Source: a virus
Taxonomy: Duplodnaviria; Heunggongvirae; Uroviricota; Caudoviricetes
Direction: 5' to 3' (one strand)
DNA: 21,083 bases
Virus record (IMG/VR): IMGVR_UViG_2802429228_000007
Location: 1-21,083 of that record
Every line of letters begins with the position of its first letter. The stretch's first letter is position 1. The notes under the pieces are model-generated. The model did no database searches, had not been told where the DNA came from, and was given only the letters and a program-made list of their open reading frames with translations. A program made the translations under genes and the position numbers. Positions 14,891 to 21,083 of this stretch are shown one piece after another.

Positions 14891-16767
14891 GCCATCACCC
14901 CGCCAGCCGTGCGCCACACAGTGACCAGTTTGTGAACTCCGAGGGACGGCTTTGCCGTCCTGAAGGTCAACGGCCAAATCAACAGCATGCTTCGGAACAA
15001 TCTTCCACTGAGTGAGCCGGGTTAAAATCGGGCTACCTGCACCTATGGAGGAATCGTAGACCCCCTTAATACATACCGTTTCCTCACCGTACTGATTAAG
15101 CTCGGTACGTGGTTCATACAGTGTGCGCACCTGTAAATCATCGCGACGGACAAACGGTCCACCCTGCGCATTAACATAACCAGCCCAGTCACCAGCGTCG
15201 GCGGCATCATGGACGGCGGCAAACTCAACGCTCAGTCCGTGCGCGGTTTCGGTATCAGCGAGGCGACGCAACTCACGGTAAACCGTCACCGGCGCACCAC
15301 CGATAAACTGAAACTGACGGATGTGCCAGCGCGAAGCCCATGCTGAAACGGCGGGGGCTGTCTCTTTCAGCAGTTCACCGCTTTCATCATCGGTTTCACC
15401 ATCGAGAGCATAACCGTCGATATTTTTTGATATGTATTTAGCAACATAGCCGGTTGCGCTGCCTTTCTCCGGGTCAATGGACTCGGCGTGGAAACGTGCT
15501 TTTTTTGCCTTATCGCTTTTCAGTTCGCGGCGGTCTTCTTTCCACGCGTATTTACGGACGATGGAGCGAACATATTCAACATCTTCCGGCAGCATGAACA
15601 TCAGCATGTGCCAGTGTGGAGTACCGTCGTGATGGGGCTCGGCGACACGAATACCGAAAATACGGACATCTTCCCGATGCAGTTTGGCACGGATACGCGC
15701 CCAGATATCAGTTAGATAGTTTTGCGTGTCAGCCGGGCTGGCACCGCTCCATTTGCTGTTACGGTAACCGGCTTTAGTCGTGGCGTGATATTTCGACGGC
15801 GCGGTCAGAGTGTAAAACTCACCGACATAACCGAGCTCATTACAGATGTTTTCAAACCCACGAATGCGAGTCATGAGCTCACAGCGGCGAATCGCAGGGT
15901 TAGCAACTGAGCCATCATATTTTTCAATCAGGCTGATACGGTTGCCGTCTTCGTCTTCGAGATCCAGACCTTTGAGAAATTCACGAGTTCGGCGCTTTTG
16001 TTCACGCCAGTCAGTCACGCAGTTTTTACTCGCATAGGTGTTTTTTTTCTTGCTGACGTTGCCGACTGCAATTTGCAGGTGTTCGCGCCACGTAGCTGCA
16101 ACCCGGCGCAAACGACCACGCCACCACCCATCGTTAAACATCTTGGCGATAGCCGGTGCGATTTCATCCGCGCCAACATATTTTTTGCAACCCGATCCCA
16201 ATGGGGGGGGATAACGTTGAACTGGAGGGAAATAAAGCCAGCACGATTATACCAGGTGTACAGCGTTTTAAGCTCGCCGAATCCGTGGTCATTAATGTTG
16301 GCAAGTTCACCACGAATGAAATTAGCAATATCGGCGGCCAACAGGTCAACATCAGCGCGCGACATATCCGGGAGGCGGTTATATCGGGCGACCATATTAA
16401 CCATGCGTGACGCCAGATATTGCATAAGCTGGGTATCAAAATGACTTCCAAAAACAGAGGTTGATACCTTGCTGTTGATACCCGCGCATTCGTATTTTTT
16501 TGCGACCAATTCAAGACGCGGCAATGCCTTTTTGCAGAAGCTGATCAAAAAGGCATTGGCTCGTTGAATGCCCTGATTTTGCTCCAGCACTGCCGCAGTG
16601 CGATAAACATCTAACCGCACGCAGTCGGGCTGGAGAGAAAGCACCTTTTTAGCATGCAGCATCGCCGCGAACATACGGTCGCGGCGATGCTGTTGCTTAT
16701 AAGTAAGGTATGGGCTGGCTATAGCCGATCGTGGAGCATTCCACGGATAAGCGAATTGAACAGCCAA
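14891..16767 (-). pseudogene. A: Replication initiator gpA (rolling-circle endonuclease), frameshifted and 3'-truncated, running in frame into lysB
   Basis: N-terminal part in the 16767..16015 frame (TTG start after a GGGGGG Shine-Dalgarno; YPWNAPRS, NRLPDM). The remainder is in the 16201..14891 frame with hallmark motifs IAKMFNDGWW, FYTLTAPSKYH, EPHHDGTPHWHMLMF and YVAKYISKNIDGYALDG. The frames switch at a C8 run (plus-strand G8 at 16203-16210). There is no stop between the A-like sequence and the lysB ATG. Confidence 0.8.
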
Positions 16768-16768
16768 T

Positions 16769-16990
16769 TTATACCCCCCGATAGTGTTTGTTTTTTAGCT
16801 CTGCGATTTGCTGACAAGTCACGCAAAATGCCACCCCCTGAATTGCAGCACGGCGAGCTTCCGGGATTGGTGAGTCACATTCTTCGCAGAGGAAAGGAGA
16901 GGACGCTGCTATACGGCTGCGCGCGTTGCTGATGTGGCGCTCGCGGTCTTCCTGCTCGCGCAGTTGTGCTAAATCCATTGCGTCGGCCAT
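16769..16990 (-). CDS. TraR/DksA-family C4 zinc-finger protein
   Basis: 73-aa ORF with CEECDSPIPEARR...AFCVTCQ (CxxC-N17-CxxC). Start overlaps the upstream gene stop (TAATG-type coupling). Confidence 0.7.
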   Translation of the reverse strand: MADAMDLAQLREQEDRERHISNARSRIAASSPFLCEECDSPIPEARRAAIQGVAFCVTCQQIAELKNKHYRGV

Positions 16991-17217
16991 TAGTGCAGCT
17001 CCTGTGATTCGTTTTCGTAGCGGGTGGCCTCACGGCGCAGCAGTTCAGCGGCTTCGGTGCCGTTCATGCCCTCTTTAGTGATATGGATAGCCAGCGCCTC
17101 AAGACGGATTGAAACGGCGAGTGCGCGGTCTTTGCGTTCTTCTTTTTTTGCATCTGTCAGCAGCACGGCCAGCGTGTCACTATCAGTATTAAAACTACGG
17201 GGTTCGGTATTACGCAT
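16990..17217 (-). CDS. Hypothetical early-region protein
   Basis: 75-aa ORF with an AGGAG Shine-Dalgarno about 8 nt upstream of ATG 17217; translationally coupled to the TraR-like gene. Confidence 0.5.
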   Translation of the reverse strand: MRNTEPRSFNTDSDTLAVLLTDAKKEERKDRALAVSIRLEALAIHITKEGMNGTEAAELLRREATRYENESQELH

Positions 17218-17283
17218 AACTAACTCTCCTGATTTTGGGCAATAAAATGCCCGGCGGGTTTACGCCATTAATTTCTGTTTTGG

Positions 17284-17622
17284 TTAATTCGGCATGGTTA
17301 GCCGTTTGGGAAATAAGCTCACTACTGCACGAAAATGATTCATCGCTGTAATAAGCGCTTTTTTCTCGTCAGTAGTCAGCTCACTTAATTCGAGCTCATG
17401 ACGAGCCGCCGGTATTTTTGCCAGAAAGAAAATAGCGGCCAGCGCCCGATTATTTTCTTCAAATTGAGAGTCACGTTTATCGCGCATATCATCGACAAAG
17501 CGCTCAACCTCTTTCCAACTATCGCCCCAATATCTCGCGCGCAATTCAGCTACATGATTGAGACCGGCCAGACGTTCACCCGCTTTTAGCGGAATAGTCG
17601 CGGAAACAGCTTCGATAGCCAT
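17284..17622 (-). CDS. Hypothetical early-region protein
   Basis: 112-aa ORF in the early operon downstream of the fil-like gene; overlaps the fil-like 3' end by about 37 nt in another frame. No recognisable motif. Confidence 0.45.
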   Translation of the reverse strand: MAIEAVSATIPLKAGERLAGLNHVAELRARYWGDSWKEVERFVDDMRDKRDSQFEENNRALAAIFFLAKIPAARHELELSELTTDEKKALITAMNHFRAVVSLFPKRLTMPN

Positions 17623-17786
17623 GATTCCCCCAGCTTTTGAGTAGAGAGGCCAGCCAGTAAATCAGACTGAGAGCGGCACGGGTGCCAGCGCTTACCATCT
17701 TTACCCGCGATCCAGCCGTGACCGTAATGCATACCTGGATTTTGTTTAACGAGCAGAGATGCGAATGAGGGTTCATTTTTCAGCAT
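17586..17786 (-). CDS. fil: Phage 186 Fil-like small protein
   Basis: ATG at 17786 (MLKNEPSFASLLVKQNPGMHYGHGWIAGKDGKRWHPC...) preceded by a GAGGTG Shine-Dalgarno; position directly after cII as in phage 186. The ORF track's upstream extension begins at a TTG. Confidence 0.5.
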   Translation of the reverse strand: MLKNEPSFASLLVKQNPGMHYGHGWIAGKDGKRWHPCRSQSDLLAGLSTQKLGESWLSKLFPRLFR

Positions 17787-17793
17787 AAACACC

Positions 17794-18303
17794 TCATACC
17801 AAACCAAATGTTGCGCCGATGCCGGTCATGGTATCAACCACGCTCGACATTGCCGGGTTAGCCTGTAGACGCGCCTGTAACGCCAGCGCCGACAGAGACA
17901 ACATGCGGATGCCTGCATTAACACTCTCAACCATGCTGTGTTTGCGGTCAGAGGTCATACGTTCATTTGATACCGCACCGCTCGCCAGTTCGCCGAGTTC
18001 ACTCATTGCGCGCATCACATAAGACTGCAATTTCTCTTTAGCCAGCTCATTAACCGGCACGCATGGCAGACAATGTATTTGCGCCAGAAAGCCATCAACG
18101 AGGGTTGAGTCTTCGGTCAGGTCAGTCAGCAGCCACAATTCAGGCGGTGTGAATTGGTGAGGCTGTTCTGGGTTGAGCTTGTTACGTAACGTTTGAACGT
18201 TCATACCCGCACGCTCGGCCAGCTTCGCCATGTTGTGACGCTGCGCAAAAGCCCGGCACGCTTCGTCATAGTGAGGATGTTTAGAAATCTGAAAATCAAA
18301 CAT
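17794..18303 (-). CDS. cII: Phage 186 CII-like transcriptional activator (establishment of lysogeny)
   Basis: 169 aa from ATG 18303 (MFDFQISKHPHYDEACRAFAQRHNMAKLAERAGMNVQTLRNKL... with a helix-turn-helix) preceded by an AGAGGGAA Shine-Dalgarno. Position after the apl-like gene matches the 186 early operon. Confidence 0.7.
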   Translation of the reverse strand: MFDFQISKHPHYDEACRAFAQRHNMAKLAERAGMNVQTLRNKLNPEQPHQFTPPELWLLTDLTEDSTLVDGFLAQIHCLPCVPVNELAKEKLQSYVMRAMSELGELASGAVSNERMTSDRKHSMVESVNAGIRMLSLSALALQARLQANPAMSSVVDTMTGIGATFGLV

Positions 18304-18335
18304 GGTTAAATTCCCTCTAACTTGCATAATCAAAT

Positions 18336-18707
18336 TCAGTTAAGAGCGATGCGGTGGTCGATGTAGCGACAATCAATCGCTTGCTGGGTTAGTTTGTCGC
18401 GCCATGCTTTCACGTTTACGAGGGTGCGGCTTCGTTTTCCAGCCTCTTCCTTGTTGGAAAAGTCTTTAGTTGGAGCTTTGAGGAGGATTCCCTCATCAAG
18501 CCATTGCCAGACCAGACGCTCGCTTACACCGCGAGTGGCGGCAAAGTCTTTCACTGTCATTGTGTCTGACATAGCGGAGCGGATCATTGTCTGCAGAGCT
18601 GGCAGCATAGCGGTAACGATGGCATCAAACTGAGCCGGATCTAACAGCACAGTTTGATTTTGTGAGTTTTGCGAATCATGCGTCGAGATTGATTTTGCAT
18701 CTGACAT
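18336..18707 (-). CDS. Apl/Cox-like DNA-binding protein (excision/switch regulator)
   Basis: First gene of the operon divergent from cI. Excisionase-like helix-turn-helix (MTVKDFAATRGVSERLVWQWLDEG). The true start may be an internal Met; the N-terminal 50 aa or so are low complexity. Confidence 0.5.
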   Translation of the reverse strand: MSDAKSISTHDSQNSQNQTVLLDPAQFDAIVTAMLPALQTMIRSAMSDTMTVKDFAATRGVSERLVWQWLDEGILLKAPTKDFSNKEEAGKRSRTLVNVKAWRDKLTQQAIDCRYIDHRIALN

Positions 18708-18827
18708 ATCGCATTATCTCCTGTTGTTTGTAGTGAACTGCATTGATGTGCATCGTGGTTGATAATCATCACTTTAGTTCGCGAAATTTAATTTTGCAAT
18801 GGCAAAAATTAATTTTGGTGGCGATAC
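18708..18827. promoter_or_regulatory. cI / apl intergenic switch region (divergent genes; promoters and operators expected)
   Basis: 120-bp AT-rich spacer between divergently transcribed cI and apl-like genes. Contains the direct repeat TTAATTTTG twice (18788-18796 and 18809-18817, 21 bp apart) flanking an imperfect inverted repeat AATTTTGC-AATG-GCAAAAAT. No confident -35/-10 pair could be assigned by eye. Confidence 0.5.
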
Positions 18828-19664
18828 ATGGCTAAATTTGGAGATGGTGCGGCTCCGGCTATCGAAAGAATCCTTTCGGCTTATGGACTTAGCTCGCAAA
18901 AAGAACTTGGCGAAAAACTTGGTATTTATGCCAACAACATAAGCAGTTGGCTTGCCAGAGATAGCGTTCCGGGCAATGTATTTGTTGAATGTGCTATTGA
19001 AACGGGCGCAGATATCGGATGGTTAGTGACAGGGGAGCTTGCAAAAGCAAACTCTCCACGTGCGACCCTGAAGGGCAAAGAGCTTTATGAAAAGGTCATG
19101 GCTTCAGGTGGTAAACCTGTTCTGAGACGCATCCTTGATGCTTACGGTTTTTCTATGCAAAAGGAGCTGGGTGATTTACTCGGTATATCATCTGGAACAA
19201 TTAGCACATGGGTTCGGCGTGATTTTTTCCCAGGCGATGTAGTTGTTACTTGTGCCCTTGATACTGGTGTTTCGCTGGAATGGTTAGCAACCGGCAAGGG
19301 GCAAATGCGAACTAACAGAGAAATGGTCACATCAAGTTTTTCAATTAAAAAATTTCGCCTTGAAGCGGGTGAGCTTAAGGACGCTGGCGAATGGCATCCA
19401 GACCCCTCGATGATACCCTCTGACTCAGAGGAGTTGATTTTTGTTGAAGGTGTTGGAGCCTCTTGGCTTGTCAACCGTTCTGCTTCGAACATAAGTAATG
19501 GGCGTTGGTTAATTGATATTGACGGCGCTCTTGATGTTTTTGATGTAATTCGTCTTCCCGGCGGAAAAGTCAGGTTGTCAAATAAGTCTGCCGAGTTTGA
19601 ATGCAGCATTACAGATATCACACCAGTAGGTGCTGTAATTTTCACATTGGAAAAACACGTATAA
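18828..19664 (+). CDS. cI: 186-type CI immunity repressor with tandemly duplicated N-terminal DNA-binding domain
   Basis: 278-aa ORF. Two N-terminal repeats of the phage-CI-repressor helix-turn-helix fold (RILSAYGLSSQKELGEKLGIYANNISSWLARDSVPGNVFVECAIETGADIGWLVTGE and RILDAYGFSMQKELGDLLGISSGTISTWVRRDFFPGDVVVTCALDTGVSLEWLATGKG). C-terminal domain (GRWLIDIDGALDVFDVIRLPGGKVRL...FECSITDITPVGAVIF) resembles the 186 CI oligomerisation domain. Confidence 0.75.
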   Translation: MAKFGDGAAPAIERILSAYGLSSQKELGEKLGIYANNISSWLARDSVPGNVFVECAIETGADIGWLVTGELAKANSPRATLKGKELYEKVMASGGKPVLRRILDAYGFSMQKELGDLLGISSGTISTWVRRDFFPGDVVVTCALDTGVSLEWLATGKGQMRTNREMVTSSFSIKKFRLEAGELKDAGEWHPDPSMIPSDSEELIFVEGVGASWLVNRSASNISNGRWLIDIDGALDVFDVIRLPGGKVRLSNKSAEFECSITDITPVGAVIFTLEKHV

Positions 19665-19672
19665 GGGACATT

Positions 19673-20011
19673 ATGAAACGTAAGCTTTTTTTAGCTTTAT
19701 TTCTTTCACTTTCTTTCGGTGCATCAGCCGCTGAAAAAACACAGGATTTAGACGGTGCTAAGTTTGGTGATGATTGGCCGTTAACTTTTGAAAAAGCTAC
19801 GGTGTCTTGTGTTAATGGTAGATATGCCTTTGTGTACGACAAAGCAACAGATGACCGATACCCATTAAATGGGTTTGCTATTGATGGTGTAAAGTCTGGA
19901 AAGCTTGAGGGGAGCGATATTGATACTGTTTGGAAAGATAGCCCGGATTATGAAGGAGTAAAAATTCCTTTGGATCCCGTAATGGATGCTGCGACAGCAC
20001 TTTGCGAATGA
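19673..20011 (+). CDS. Small secreted protein, DUF2511/YebY-like (cargo between cI and int)
   Basis: ATG at 19673 after an AAGGGA Shine-Dalgarno. Sec-type signal peptide (MKRKLFLALFLSLSFGASAAE). Mature protein of about 90 aa with two Cys (ATVSCVNG ... AATALCE) and a YPLNGFAIDG motif that resembles my recollection of E. coli YebY. Confidence 0.5.
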   Translation: MKRKLFLALFLSLSFGASAAEKTQDLDGAKFGDDWPLTFEKATVSCVNGRYAFVYDKATDDRYPLNGFAIDGVKSGKLEGSDIDTVWKDSPDYEGVKIPLDPVMDAATALCE

Positions 20012-20033
20012 TAAGAGTTGCCTCGGTGACATT

Positions 20034-21083
20034 ATGACTATAAGTAAGCAAAAAAATGGCAAATGGTTATGTGAGCTTTATCCTAATGGGCGAGAAGGGC
20101 GGCGAATACGTCGGCAATTCAATACCAAAGGTGAGGCCGAGGCATTCGAAGCATTTACGAAAAGCGAGAGTGAAGATAAGCCGTGGCTCGGCAAGAAAGA
20201 AGACCGCCGACGCTTAAGTGAGATTATCCAGCTTTGGCATAATTTACATGGACAGGCGTTGGTCGCCAGTAAGTCGCGGTTAGCTAAGCTTCAAATTGTA
20301 TGTAACGGGTTGGGCGACCCTATTGCATCTCGTCTTACCGCTAAAGATTGGGCTCATTACCGTGACCGTCGATTACGTGGCGAAATAGACAACGGCTATC
20401 ACAAAGACCCGGCGAAATGGATCGCCAAACCTATAACAGTCAATCGCGAACAGCAATACCTCGAAGCTGTGTTCAATGAACTGCGGCGATTAGGTGAATG
20501 GAGTTTACCCAATCCACTGGACGGGATTCGTGTATTCAAAGAAGCTGAGAAAGAAATGTCCTGGCTAACTTTGTCTCAGCTCCCGGAGCTGTTCCGAGCC
20601 TGTGAACAATATGGCAAAGAAAATCTTACTATGATTGTTAAGGTGTGCCTGGCTACTGGCGCACGATGGGGAGAAGCTGAGAGACTTACACGTCCCCAAC
20701 TTTCCCCCTGCAAGCTGACTTTCACCAAAACCAAAGGTAAGAAGAATCGCACGGTTCCGATTCCTAAATGGCTGTATGACGAGTTGTCCGAACGTCAGGG
20801 AAGAATGTTCAAGCCCTGCTATCAGGACTTTAAGAAGATGCTCAAACTCACAAACATTGAATTGACTGAAGGGCAGAAAACGCACGTTTTACGTCACACC
20901 TTTGGCGCGCATTTTATGATGAATGGCGGCAATATCCTTGTACTCCAGAAGATACTCGGTCACGCAAATATTCGTGAAACAATGAAGTATGCGCACTTTG
21001 CTCCTGACCATCTTGAACAAGCTGTCACCTTGAATCCGTTGTCACTGTGTATTGGCGACAACGTGGCGGCAGAGGTTGCGTAA
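20034..21083 (+). CDS. int: P2-type tyrosine integrase
   Basis: Starts MTISKQKNGKWLCELYPNGREGRRIRRQFNTKGEAEAFE, closely matching my recollection of the P2 Int N-terminus. C-terminal catalytic motifs ATGARWGEA, HVLRHTF and NIRETMKYAHFAPDHL (tyrosine nucleophile context). TAA at 21081-21083 ends at the window edge. Confidence 0.9.
   Translation: MTISKQKNGKWLCELYPNGREGRRIRRQFNTKGEAEAFEAFTKSESEDKPWLGKKEDRRRLSEIIQLWHNLHGQALVASKSRLAKLQIVCNGLGDPIASRLTAKDWAHYRDRRLRGEIDNGYHKDPAKWIAKPITVNREQQYLEAVFNELRRLGEWSLPNPLDGIRVFKEAEKEMSWLTLSQLPELFRACEQYGKENLTMIVKVCLATGARWGEAERLTRPQLSPCKLTFTKTKGKKNRTVPIPKWLYDELSERQGRMFKPCYQDFKKMLKLTNIELTEGQKTHVLRHTFGAHFMMNGGNILVLQKILGHANIRETMKYAHFAPDHLEQAVTLNPLSLCIGDNVAAEVA

Noticed and set aside
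17239-17254. Short hairpin GGGCA-ataaaa-TGCCC between two early genes, considered as a terminator
   Set aside because: Only a 5-bp stem with no U-tract on the relevant (minus) strand; it directly precedes the Shine-Dalgarno of the next gene, so it is more likely part of the 5' leader.
17576-17807. Alternative ORF 17576-17776 (-) and the TTG-initiated N-terminal extension of the fil-like ORF
   Set aside because: The third-frame ORF overlaps the better-supported fil-like frame, and the extension begins at a TTG with no Shine-Dalgarno, whereas ATG 17786 has one.
20900-21083. Looked for an attachment site, flanking direct repeat or tRNA near the integrase 3' end
   Set aside because: The window ends at the integrase stop codon, so the att site and any target tRNA lie outside the sequence and cannot be assessed.

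Overview
This window holds most of a P2/186-family prophage, read mainly on the minus strand. It has a complete contractile-tail module (R, S, V, W, J, I, H, FI, FII, E/E', T, U, D), spanin genes lysB/lysC, a 186-type lysis-lysogeny switch (cI, apl-like, cII, fil-like), a TraR/DksA-like zinc-finger gene, replication initiator A, and a P2-type tyrosine integrase ending at the right edge. Three AT-rich cargo insertions interrupt this backbone: an acyltransferase-3 family membrane protein between FI and H; a two-gene operon (4-TM membrane protein plus HIT-like hydrolase) between S and V; and a small secreted DUF2511/YebY-like protein between cI and int. The element looks defective: gene A is frameshifted at a homopolymer, and its 3' end runs in frame into the lysB start with no head, packaging, holin or endolysin genes between them. 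The best candidate for an undescribed system is the 4-TM + HIT-like cassette at 12.2-13.4 kb; other notable points are a tail fibre with a glycine-rich C-terminus and no chaperone gene, and a CI repressor with a duplicated DNA-binding domain. All calls rest on reading the translations and sequence by eye; no database search was run, and family assignments come from recalled motifs.
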